From assembly GCA_965153285.1 (NCBI GenBank), contig OZ229122.1: a stretch of DNA of 64,000 nt; one strand, 5' to 3'. Position numbers and translations under genes: made by a program. The DNA is from Podarcis tiliguerta (Eukaryota). A model generated the notes under the pieces. That model did not search any database. It worked only from the letters and a program-made list of their open reading frames with translations, and was not told where the DNA came from. The first letter of the stretch is position 1, and every line of letters starts with the position of its first letter. Shown in pieces: positions 13,101 to 25,732 of the stretch.

Positions 13101-15745
13101 GGCCTTGCTTGCCTTCACCCCAACTGAATTCCAGAAGGGGCATCCCTGGTATAAACAGGGCACCTCTGAGGCTTCTCTCCTGATACTGAGCATTTGCTGC
13201 CACCCACCTGGCACTCAGGAATGCAAATTTCTAGATGATAAGATGCCACTTCCCCTGAAGTCTTAAACAAAGCTTAACTACCAACGAACAAAAGTCTCAT
13301 CTCTTTGGAGGCAAAAGTAAAGATAACCTCTTGAGGCCAGCGCCTCTCCCAGTCGGCCAGGGCTTGTCCTTAGAAGTAAGGAGGACGAATTATTCCCTTT
13401 GATTCCTCGCCTGTCCTACACGCACATAACACATGCGCACTATCCATTTCCCTTCGTGCTAAGATCCATCCAAACAGCCCAAAGTGGCCCTTGATTGATG
13501 GCAGTGTTTGCCCACTAAGAGCACCCTGCGGTCCAATCCTTGCACGTTCCCCAATTCCTCCCCAGTCCCTATTCAAAGACCGGCGGTGTCTCATGTCGGT
13601 CCCCGAGGTGCTATTAATTAAAAATACATCCAATTAAATGGCAGGTGAGGACGTGCCACACAAACTCCCTCCTTATCCCGCTACGATTGGCTCATCTGTG
13701 CTTTGATTCGAACGAGACGCAGGGAGAGGGAGAGGCAGGCTACAGGAGGGTTCTCTGAACCTGTGCCAACTCAAGGCCATGCCAGTCTGTTCGGCTAGCG
13801 CTGTGTGTGTGTGCATGTGTGTGTATATGCACAAGAGACGTGGCAGACTGATTTCCATAGCCGGTGGTTGGCGTTATTATATTTCATCAGCTGCGGCCTG
13901 GCCCCATTTTTATGCACTCCTTCTCCCAAGTAACTAAGCCTGAGTCTAGGAAGGGGAGGAGGAAAAAAGAAAACAGATTCTCTAGCAGAGAAACAGTTGC
14001 TAAGTCAACACAGATTCCATTTGAACAAGGTTACTGGAGACGGGGTCTGCAAGCAAAGATTTGCGTAGTCATTTCAAACCAAGATGTTAACTTCTTCGGT
14101 TTCTCCCCCCACCTCTGCCCAAGCCTCAGCCTTATTTCTCAGCATCCATCTTTAACAGCTTTCCTATTCCACAGCTGCTATATACATAACCCCAAGCCCT
14201 TGCAGCCCAAATTCTCTGGACCAAAATAAACCTGATTCAAGAGATCCATGATTTGATCTCAGTACATATTTTTCTTTGGTTAAAAGCAGCTGTCAAGACT
14301 CACAGATTTGGATCAGGACTACGGTTCTGAGGGAAGGAGCCTTAACCCTTTCCCTCATGCTGATTCCCCAGCTTAAATCACCCTCAACCTGCTAACAGCC
14401 TGGGAGCAGGAAGGCAAGAGGCACAATACAGTATTTACTCTTGTGCAGAGGTTCCGTGGCAGAATGCACACCACTCTGGCAAGCTCTTGATATTCTGTAT
14501 TTGTGTCACTGTCAATGGCACAAATCCAAGACAGCTTTTGTCCTTTAACCATGCCGAAGTAAAAGGGAAAAACGTTAAACTGCGTAACATTCCATTTTAA
14601 CGTTTTATTTCTGTATCAACACACAATAATCTACAATGACCCACAACAGCTGTAGTCGCTCTCCAGGACGGAGCCAGATATTCATGGGCTCACATTCCAA
14701 GCTAATTGTAAGGTATCATGCAGAATCCATGGTTTTAAATTCTGTGCTAATGGGTGGGTCAAGTGTTTGATAACACCTTTTTAAATATAATGTTGACTCC
14801 TTACATTCACAAGGATTAGCAATTTAGGCTGCAATCCTATGTCCCCTTTCCGGGGAGTAAACCCACTCGAACACAGCGAGAATTACTTCTGAGCAAACAC
14901 ACACAGGATTGCACCTTCGACTAGGCTTTTTGGGCATGAGAATCTGGCGAGGATCAGAAATGCAACTTGCAGAAAAGCAAACCGTGAAACGCCCAAGTTC
15001 TAAACAAACATTTGCATTAATAATCTCACATTTCAAGAGTTAAAAGCCTTGGAAAGGGACTCCCAGAGTGAAAACAAAGCCATGTCTGAGAAGACTGAGT
15101 AGCAATAGCATAAATATCCACACCAACAGTGGGCAGCATAAACCAACATGGAACACCAAATAAGGCCATTAGGCCGGAAAGTGGCTTATTCCCAATCCTG
15201 GGCAGAAGAAGCCCTATCAAGGTGTTCCCAAGCTTTGGAATCTGCCGCATTTCTTGCTGGCTTCACGTTCCCGCTAATTGGAGATTTTAATCTTCAGCGA
15301 CTTTCTGCTCAGGGGTGCTGACAGGATCACCAGCTGTGCAGCTATTCCAGGAGCAGCGGCTTTTTAATCAAGCCATCTTGGCAGGGAAGGTGGGGTGGAA
15401 CTGGGGAAGGGGAGGGGGAGGTAAGTCAAGGGGATGAGGGGGTGAGGGCTTGGGAGTCCACACACAAACACACAGAGAGGGCCCCCAAAAGAAGGACTTA
15501 GCCGTGGGAGGAGAGCTGAGCACAAGAGTGCTCTCCCCACTTGCAACTCCCGACAACCGATAAGGCAGAACACTGCCGCTGACCCTGGGAGGTGAAATAC
15601 AGTCACGAGGGCTTATGCGCCTTATGCGCTTGTCAACAAGGGCCTGACGGAGAGGACCACCCCCTGTTCATCTCCACTTTTCCAGGAATCAAAATCGTTC
15701 TGCCTCTGCCATACGGGTAGAAGGTCCCTTTTCAGCTACCAAGGC

Positions 15746-15746
<1 letters not shown>

Positions 15747-15795
<49 letters not shown>
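15747..15795. repeat. (AAT)n microsatellite, retroposon tail
   Basis: About 16 AAT units next to CCCACCCATCTGACTGGGTTGCCCCAGCC. Confidence 0.95.
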
Positions 15796-16627
15796 TCCCA
15801 CCCATCTGACTGGGTTGCCCCAGCCACTCTGGGTAACTAAGAATTGTTGCCAAGAGACCATTTCTCAGAGAGTTTGTCCTAGTCTGTTTAAAAGCCACTT
15901 GCCATCGCCACATCTTACAGTGGCAGGTTCCATCAGTTTAGGCACACGTTGCATAAAGAAGTACTTTAGTTTGGCCTCCTTGGTTTGATAAAGGGTGGTG
16001 ACCCCAACTGGTGGTGGTATTATAAGAGAGAGGGACGGACCTTCGCTTTCACCGTTCCCAATGTTATAAGCCTTTCTCACTGCTTCTAGCCTGAAAAGCT
16101 GCCAGCAGCCTTCTGCTCGCTTCAAGCCTCCTCTAGGAACGCGCTGCTTTTCTGCGCTATGGTACAGAGCAGGGCGCTCCCCTCCTCTCCCAGTCTGCTT
16201 GGTTCAATCCAAGGTGCAGAGCCTTTAGCAGCTGACTCATTCGCTTGCATGCAACCCCTTCTTTGCCTCTATAAGGTGACCAGGTGAAAAAGAGGATGGT
16301 GCGCCTTCACCTTTAATGGTTGTGAAGACAAAGGAATTTCAGCAGGCAGTTCCTGCATGGCAAGCCATACCTGCTGAAATTTAAGGGTTCAGGAGCCCCT
16401 GTCTTCTTGCCATGCAAGCTATACCACCTGAAATTTCCTCTTCTGCACAACTGTCCTTTTGCACCTGGCCACTCCTATATCTATGCTTCACGTTCTCCCA
16501 TCCTGCTGCTTTGGGCTGCAATCCTATGCATGCTAATTTCTGGGCAAAATGGTTGGAATCATTGGGGCTTGCTCCTGAGCAGGCATGCATAGGGTTGCAT
16601 ACTTAACGTTCTTAATCAATTTGGCAG

Positions 16628-16990
16628 ATTGAGTTGATGGATTATGCCGAAATGGCAAAAAATGACGGGAAGAATCAGAAATCAGGAAGACCAAAATTTC
16701 AATAGAGAATGGGGAAATTTTATAATTTATCTTAAAAACCATTGTGTAAACAGCTAAAATCATTAGTAGGATTAGAACAACGCTTGTAGTTTAATGGTGA
16801 ATTTTGGACACAGTGGAGAGGTAAAAGATTTGGAATCTTATAAAAGATGCAGGAGGAAATGACTAAAAATAGGACCCACAAAGGGGAGGAGGGAAGTCCA
16901 GAAGATGCTTTGGAACCTTGTTTTTGTGTTGCATGTTGTCTATGTGATTGTAAAACTTTAATCCGAAAAAGCAAATAAATAAATAAATTT
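16628..16990 (+). mobile_element. L1-clade LINE 3' fragment
   Basis: ATGGATTATGCCGAAATGGCAAAAATGAC (MDYAEMAKMT), related to the 46.9 kb copy; (AATA)n tail. Confidence 0.75.
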
Positions 16991-19900
16991 ACAGAGTTCT
17001 TAATCAAGAAGGCCTTTTCTCACAGAAAAGTTCCTCCTGCCCTCGGGTCATTCTGATGGCCCATTTCAGCATGTTTTCCAGCTCCATGACATTCCTTCCA
17101 GATATGAGGGAACAAATCTATATGGAAATCACAATGCGGTTACACCAGAGACACCGTTCGGAAGTCCCAGTGATCCCTTAAAAGAGTGAATGGCTTTTAA
17201 AGCAGTATAGGTCTATGGTGGTGCAGATATAGCTCTATGGTACATGCCATTCCCAAGACGCATCACTTATTTCGGCGGCACTGAGGAACCTGTGGCTCTG
17301 CAATGTTGTCAGACTCAAACTCCCATCATTCCCAGCTAGCAATGGACAAGGATGGTGAGAGTTGTAGTTCAACAAATTCTGGGGCCTAGTCCTCCATTCT
17401 GGCCTTGTAGGGGGTTGGACTAAATGACCCCTGGGGTCTCTTCCAGCTCTACAATTCTACGATTGTATAACAAGAGGCTGAACCTAGGTAAGCTGGTTAG
17501 CTATTAGGTTTTGTGCATCTCAGGAGGTCATCTTTGCAAATGGTTTATCAAGCAAAACATGATTAGGGGTTTTCTGTCAGCGGCACAAATCTGCTTTACA
17601 TACATACGTACATAGCTCTCTCCCTGCTAACGGGTATGGCAATCCCAAGACAAAATTTATTTACCTAAGAACTTCAGTACTGAGCCGCAAGACAAGCAGT
17701 TCTAACATGACTTTAGTCAATGTGGCAAAGGGATTGCTGGGCACACCCAGTTAATGGGGTGTAGCATAACAGGCACAGTGATAGGATGCAAAGGGCACGC
17801 AATATATTTATACTTATTAAAATATTGTTAAATTGTATTTATTTAGTGTGGAGCATTAAATGTGTTAGTTTTTTGTTTTGTTTTTTAAGAATACTCTTCA
17901 TATTTGACACCTGCCCATTTTGAGCCTTTAGCAAGGAGTGGAGTATACTTTTTTTTTTTAAAAAAAAGGAACTTAAAATGAATGGAAAGTAACTAGCAAT
18001 CAATTTGTGCAGCTCTTTTTTGGTACACAAAATGGCTCCCTGCCCTCCTTCTCCTTCGTTTTTACCTTCACCGCCATCTTGGGAACCAGAACGCTCAAGG
18101 TCCCATTTTATTGACTGGGGAAACGTAGTCTGAGAGGAAGCAATATCCCCCGAGGCAGCGCTGTGAATCAAACGCTGAGCTGGAATCCGAATTGAAGGCA
18201 AGACAATCAATCAATGAACAAAACAGACCTCACAACTTTCATTTTTTTAAAAAAAAATCCCCAGAAGCATGCCAAGCATGCCTCACCCTCAGTTGCCTGA
18301 CAGTCTCATTGCTTTCTAACTTGACTCCCCCCAGCCTCCTTTCCACCCCTTATACCTGGTCCCCCTGATCACATAAGTAGTGTCCTATCTCTTTCTCTTC
18401 CTCACAATACTTCCTCAAGCCCTCATCTTTTCAGTGAAGTATTTTTCTTAATCTTTATGCCCAACTTTATGCTCAAGTACATGCAACTGCATTTCCTCAC
18501 ACCCATCTGTGGCTACCTATCATCTCTTCCCCTCCCATCTTGTTTATTTGTTTTAATATTGTACATCTCTGTTCTCTTCCATCGTAGAACTCAAGGTGAC
18601 AAGTTCCACTCAACGTGGAGTTTTCCACTCAGCATGGAGTTTTGAGGAGGTCTCCTATCCAGACACTGACCACAGCAAGTCCTACTTAGCTGCACCACAC
18701 CCTCAGACTATGCCCAGGGTCTCCCCCCCCCCCCGCTTACATTACATTGTAAGCTCATTGGAGGCAGGGACTTGCCTGGATCAGTGTACATAGGAAACTC
18801 TGTAAAATGCCATGTACGGATGCTGCTCCATAAATAATCAGCTAATCTGCATATGAAACATATTGCTCTTCATACTTTTCAGAATGGAATGCAGGTTGCT
18901 TAATGGTTGACTTTATGTTTCCTTAATATAAAACCCAGGAAACAGGCATGAGATTTTTCATGGCCCCTGCTACGTGGCAATAATTAGTTCAAGAACCAGC
19001 TTTGGATTTTATTGCGAGGATGCCTTCACCAGCAAGAAATGAGCACCTTTTGCTGCACTGCGAACTCCGAAAACTCCTCTGTCTCAGCATAGCTGACTTC
19101 TGTGGCTTCAAAGGTCTCCCTTCAGCAAGTGATAAAAGGGAATGAAACCAAAACAGAGCTCAGATGGGGTTAACAGGCCATGATAACCCAAAAGAGGGAA
19201 GCCAGAGCAGTCCCCCCCCCCCCCCATGAAGTGCTGGGAAGGTTTATTGGCATGTGCTGCCCTCTTGCGTCTTTTAAAGAAAGCTTGCCGCTTTCATCAA
19301 GAGCAAAACCAGCCATCTGGCCAGCTTTGAAGGCCCGTATTTAACTGCACAACAGTTATTTATGCGGCACTTCTCTCTAATGCACTCATAATGCTCCTCG
19401 TGATAACTTGATGGTTCTTACAAACAACCTTGTAAGGTAGGCTGGACAGCCACATTTAAAAAAAAACAAAAACGTTTTAAAGCATTTGCAGCTCGCTTTT
19501 CCATTACTAATGTTGAAAACAACTGTTGCTATTTTTAAAGTGTTGAAAAAAATTGAAATAAAACATACAAAACAATTTTAACAACAAAGATTAAAATTAG
19601 TGGAGGGGGTGGAGCAAGCAATAAGCAAAATCAAATCATTAAATAGGTAACTCTGGAGATGGTAATCCAGAGACTCAGCTCCCTTTATAGAAAAGTCTCT
19701 TTCTCTGACCATCCCCTAACCTCAGAAGGTGGAGGTTCCTTGATCAGGCCTACCAATGAGCATCTAAAACATGTTGGGGAATCTGTGTTTCTTCAGTGCT
19801 CATTCAGCCCCAGCCAACATTGACCGATGGTCTAGGATGGGCAGGAGTCCAGCAGTGGAGGGGGGAGGCAAGTGGAGGGGGCAAGCTCCTGGTTTGGAGG

Positions 19901-21052
19901 GGCCTTGCCCTGCCCCAACCACCCTCCGGAGTTGCCCATGAGCAGGAAATATTTGCTCTTTCAAAGACTTCCATACAAATGACTCTACAGCTTTCACTTC
20001 TAAATACATGGGGTGGTCATACTCAAAGAATGGCAACCTAAAGAGAGTTGGCACCGTGTCTGTTGGCAGTAACTAGCATATGCACAGAGCCAGGCCTGCA
20101 GATATCCTTGTGGTAAAACAAAAACAAAAACATGTACATAATCTGGCGCTGAAAGTTTCCAGAGGTTTGGAAGATTCGGAACATTTTTATACTGTGCGGT
20201 GGGACTTTATTATATTCATATACCAACACAACTAGCCTCTGGTTCTTATCAATGTGGGAAATAGTGACTTCTTAATGTCTAATGGGCATCTCCTCACACC
20301 TTCCAATTTTGTTGACAAATTAAGGGAATGCACATGAGGTTTGCCTGGTGCCTTCCTTATACACCTTCTGGTGCCAGGGGAAAACAAGGCCTTCAGCTGA
20401 GTGACATCCATGCCTTTTTAAAATGTGTTGTGGGACAGGGTACGATTGGTTTGTTTCTGTTCTTATTTTTATTATGTATTTTGTGTTTTTTATATCGTAT
20501 GTTGTGAACCTTCCTGAAATCTGAGGGGATAGGGTGGCATACAAATTTAATAAAGAATAACAATAATAATTTCTGATATTTTTACCTTTGTTGTTTTTGT
20601 TTTTATATGGATGGAATAAAATCATAGAGTTGTAGAGTTGAAAGCAACTATGAGGGTCATCTTGTCCTTTAAAAATAAATTTAAAAGAACTTTCTAGAAC
20701 TCAGTTCTGGCACCTCTCAGGTGGGTGCCATTGCTATTATAAGAGAACAAGGGAGGCGTTCATGGTGAGTTCTGGCACCGTTTTTCTTATAAAAATAACA
20801 CTTAACAACCCCCTCCCTCCAAATCCCAGAAGTTCTTAGAGAACCCATGATGGCTAAAACCAGGTTTTAATCTGCTTTCAATCTGTAGTATAGACATAGC
20901 TTTCCATTACAAGGCCGCTTCTGCAGGTACTTGAAAACTGCAGTGTGTGCTTTCTGCTCTCACACATTCGCAAAGGATTGCTGTGGATGAGGCAGCCGTG
21001 GAGCGAATTGGGGTAGAAAACCTAAACCTTCCACTCCTCTACTTTGGTTATA

Positions 21053-21070
21053 GAGTGCCATCTGGTGGCT
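21053..21070 (-). promoter_or_regulatory. Candidate CTCF site
   Basis: Minus strand GCCACCAGATGGCAC, close match to the CTCF core CCACYAGRKGGCRS. Confidence 0.65.
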
Positions 21071-21755
21071 GTCTATCCTTCAATAACACCCATTAATGAC
21101 TACGACCCCATCTGCAACATACATTTAAATCGTGCAGCTTAAAACAACTCATGGGTTCCCCCAGAGGATCCTGGGAACTGTTGTCTGTTAAAGGTACTGC
21201 TGAGAGTTGTTAGGAGACCCCTATTCCCCTCACAGAGCTTCAGTTCCCAGAGTTCCCTGTGACGAGGGATCGACTGTTAAACCACTCTGAGAATTGTAGC
21301 TCTGTGAGGGGGATAGGGGTCTCCTCTCAGCAGCACCCTTAACAGACAGCAGTAACCCATGGTAGTGTCACTTTTGGGGTACACTCTCAATCTACCTAGT
21401 AAGTTGGTGATGTCAAAAGCTCAGACGATAAGAGAGTGCAGCCTGACAGGCTCTCCTCGAATTGTGCCGCCACCCCGGGTTGAAACTAATGAAGCTTTGG
21501 TTTCAAGGCCCCTAATCTCAGAGGGGCCCCAGAAGCAACGTCAGTCCACATTGCTTAAAATTTTTTGGCCTAGTAGACCCCATTTGAGTGTCACAAGTCA
21601 AATCGATTAATTCTTTGGGGTCTATATGTCAACAACTCCAAAACTTTGACAGTCGGTAGCCCAGATGTTGCAAAGGTGTGGTGATCTGTCGCGGCTGAAG
21701 AAGATAACAGTGGCTACGCAGACACTGTTGCAAAGCGGCCCCCACAACAGTTCAA

Positions 21756-22222
21756 GTTACAGGGCCCCCAAAACGTAGGTCCACCACTGCTGCCACCAGC
21801 ACCTGCCAATTCTGCCCATTTGGTTGAGCCAACACAAACCAACAACACGGTTCCTGGCTCTCCTTGTCCAATGTGTTGGACTGCCCCTTGCTATGGATGT
21901 ATTCAACTTCAGCAAAAATGTCCTGCTCCTCTCCCAGGACTGGAAGTCTGGGAGGGGAAGATACGCTTGAAAATTCACCAGCCTGAGTCAACTCTGCCTC
22001 TTGGCCTCCTTCTGGTCTTCTCTCTGCCACAGATTCTCCCTTCTCACTAAACCCTGTAATTTCTTCAGCTTCCAACACCACCTCCCCCCCCCCCAATCTT
22101 CTCCCTCTAACAACTCATCATTGTCCCACCACCAATCCCCAGGCTCTGAGCCTTCTTTCCTTGGGGGTTCCCCCGCTGGGGCCACCCAGTGACATTCCTC
22201 TGTGTCCAACCAGTCCATGACA
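21756..22222 (-). mobile_element. Solo LTR (Gypsy-like lizard family)
   Basis: Minus strand starts TGTCATGGACTGGTTGGACACAGAGGAATG; the same head occurs at 46642. Confidence 0.6.
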
Positions 22223-22319
22223 GTGCCCTACAATGCTGGTCATGGCTTTTGCTTACCTGGATGGAGACTAGAGAGGGGTGCAGGAGCCTGTGAAGAAACT
22301 GGCCTGTTTGCCATGATGT

Positions 22320-22510
22320 CTAAAGCTTTGCCTAGACATCAGTAACGCTTCTGAATACCAGTTGCTGGAAACCACAGTGGGGGAGAAGAAAGAGGGCTCT
22401 TGTGCTCAGGTCCTGCTTGTGGTCTTCCTACAAGCATCTGGCTGGCCACTGTGAGAGCAAGATTCTGGACTAGATGGGCTTGATCCAGCAGGCCCGCCTT
22501 ACATTTTTAC
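22320..22510 (+). mobile_element. CR1 LINE 3' end fragment
   Basis: CTTCTGAATACCAGTTGCTGG...CTGGACTAGATGGGC..TGATCCAGCAGG; similar reverse copy at about 46410-46570. Confidence 0.6.
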
Positions 22511-23455
22511 GTACGAAGGTCAGATTTACCTCCATTGCGTCACCCAGTTGTGCCTCTGGTCACACCCACCACTGGTATGTGGGTCCTGCAACGTTGAAAA
22601 AGGGTGCCTCCCCTGCTTTGAAATATCTAAGATGGACATCTCTCATACTAAATTCTACCCCCCTCCTCTCTTTCACTTGCATTCTCCGACTTGGCTCACT
22701 TGCCTGAGTGGTGTGGAACTATTTGATTGGTGAGCAGTTCATAATCTGGACTGTGTTAGCTGAGCTGGGAAGGGATGAGCCTCTATTTGGATGGCAACTT
22801 GACCAGATGGCCTTTCAGTGGCAGCAAGAAATGAGAAAAGTGGGCAAGGCCTACCAAAGCAGGGACTCCATTTTCCAGAGCCGCTGTACTGCATCAAAGC
22901 GCGAGGCCTTTTTGAAGTGTCTGTAAGGCAACGTGTCACATTCGTTACTTACAAATTTGGTTCTTTTCTCACTGAAGATCAGGGAGGAGCCTCCTCAATG
23001 AGCTGAGATCAGGCATACAAGGGCATGGTCATCTACACTGTTCCAGGGCATGGCCATCTGCAGTGAGAGAAAGCAAGGGTAGTTATATATGAGCTAGATG
23101 TAACCAAGGAGCTTAGGAGTTAAAAGCATGAGCTATGAACCAGAAGTTCCCAGTTGGGACTTTTCAGCTCAAATTTCACCAAAAACTCACTCTCCCTGCC
23201 TTCATTGCATCTCCACAACCACCCTGTGAGGTAGGTTAGTCCAAGAGGTAGCGACTGGTCCAAGGTCACCCAGGGAGCTTCATGGCTGTGTGGGGATTTG
23301 AATCCTGGTCTCCCAACACTCCCAGTTCAATACTCTAACCACTACACCACACTGGTTTGATGCCATGGGCACCAAGGCCCACTCCTGAGTTACCAGGTGA
23401 CATTTTCTGCTCTCGGCCTACATGTCCTAATCTATCAAGACACCTGGTAACCCTG

Positions 23456-23722
23456 CACAGTGGTACCTCGGGTTAAGTACCGTACTTAATTCGTTCTGGG
23501 GGTCTGTTTTTAACCTGAAACTGTTCTTAACCTGAAGCACCACTTTAGCTAATGGGGCCTCCTGCTGCCGCCACGCCTCTGGAGCACGATTTCTGTTCTC
23601 ATCCTGAAGCAAAGTTCTTAACCTGAAGCACTATTTCTGGGTTAGTGGAGTCTGTAACCTGAAGCGTATGTAACCTGAAGCGTATGTAACCTGAAGCGTA
23701 TGTAACCCGAGGTACCACTGTA
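23456..23722. mobile_element. Tc1/Mariner MITE
   Basis: CAGTGGTACCTCGGGTTA...TAACCCGAGGTACCACTG-TA; internal 16-bp repeats TGTAACCTGAAGCGTA. Confidence 0.9.
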
Positions 23723-25682
23723 CAGGTGTAACAACTCTGATTTACCTTAGTTGCAGCGGGATTAGAGGGATTACTGAGAGCACTTAGCTGCTCTGAGCGC
23801 TTAAGAGCTATATACGTATTATGGGCTTTACGGAGCCATGATGGGCAAAATAGAATTTTTTTAAAGATAAAATAAGGAATATAAATTAACATCACTTCCA
23901 TTGCATTAGTTGTAGCTGCTTTAAAGCATTTTCAAGCTTTCAAAACTTGCAACAAGTCATCCTAAGCATTGTCAACAAATAACCGGGTATATTGGAGGAT
24001 ATTGTCGAGAGGCTGAAACAATTCTGAACGAAATCCCTGTGAAGTCTGTGCCTAGAGAAATTTAGGATTATTAATTTACTACATCTCTATCCTGCCTTTC
24101 CCCCTATGTGATCAAAGTAGCATAAATGTCCCCCCCCTTTATTTTAAATCCTCACAACAACAGTGAAATAGGTTACACTATATGACAGGAACTGGCCCTA
24201 GATCACTGAGTGAGTTTCATGACTGAGGGTGGAGGGATTTGAACCAGTCTCCTCCGTCCAACACCAACCACCACACTGGTTCCCATGCCAGGGGTTGGTT
24301 CATTCTCACACGTACATTCATCACTTGAGGACTGCAAAATTGTTGGATGGTTCTCACATGCAAAGGAGCCGTCGGAGGTCTAAACAGCACAGGTGGAACT
24401 TTCCGATTGGCCAATGGAGGCAGTTCTCACATTCAGCCACCCTCAAGTGCACAGTCACCAAGCAATGCACATGCATTTGTGATCTAGCCCAGTGATTAGA
24501 ACAGATAGGGCAAACTCGCTTAATACACTGTTAACTGTGGAGGCAAAATCAGTGTGTGTGTGTGTGTGTGGTGGTGGTGGTGGCTGATTATTAATATTAT
24601 CAAAGGGCTGTGCAAGCTGAATTGTGCCACAAGGATGGCAATGGCAAGGGGAACAAATGAGAATAAGTGCAAAAGACTAGAACACACACCATGTGTCATT
24701 GGAGAGCAGAATTAAGAAGTACGGAAGAATGAACAAACCAGCCCCTCTGCATTTCTCCACAATGAAAGTCATGGTGTGTGCTACCTGCAAGCCCCAGTAA
24801 AAGGGCCCCATCGGGGGCGAACAGAAGCCTCTTGATTACTTGGACCGGCAGAGCGAAGCATTTGAAAAATCTATTGAAATTAGACATTGTACGTTCATCT
24901 TAGACTGGGTAGTTCGCAAGTTTCTGTGGCTTTGCACAAGATTTTGTATTTTTCTCAGAAGATTGATAAAGAATGTCTAATTATTCTGGTAATTATTGTG
25001 TGTATATTAGTCGCCAGCGTGTTGCATGAGTTGCACTACTGCACGGATGGCAATGGCAAGGGGAACAAATGAGAATAAGTGCAAAAGCCTAGAACACACC
25101 CCATGTGTCATTGGAGAGCATTATTAAGAAGTACAGAAGAATGGACAAACCAGCCCCTCTGCCTTGCCCCAAAATGAAAGTCATGGTGTTAAGATCTGAG
25201 CCACGTTTACCACATGTGGCTTCTGCCCGCAGGACAGCTTGCAAAACTGAGTTCCCTTCTTGTTGGTGGTATATCGTTCATCTTTTCTATGGATTTCTAT
25301 AAACCCAGCATACCATCCGGCTAAACAAAACCAGGAACAAGTTATTGTGAAGGAGTGGTTTACTTTTTAGATCTGAAAAGCGAATGAACCAGTATTCTAG
25401 GAGGGTTGGGAGGCAATGCTTTCAACCAGAGACAGGGAACCTGTTCCTCCCCTCCAGATGTTCCTGGAGTCCCACTTCCTATCATCCATTGGCGATCCTG
25501 GCCAAGACTGGTGGAGGTTGGAATCCAACAACATCTGGAGGCTCAGTTTCTTCATACCTGCTCCAAGCAGTGTTTAGGGAAGCTTTTAATGTTTGATGCA
25601 TTACTGTATTTTAATATTTTGTTGGAAGCTGGCTAGAGTGGCTGGGGAAGCCCAGCCAGATGGGCAGGGTATAAATAATAAA

Positions 25683-25683
<1 letters not shown>

Positions 25684-25732
<49 letters not shown>
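25684..25732. repeat. (TTA)n microsatellite, retroposon tail
   Basis: About 16 units. Confidence 0.95.

Noticed and set aside
15303-15322. REST/RE1 site
   Set aside because: Only the GGTGCTGA half matches.
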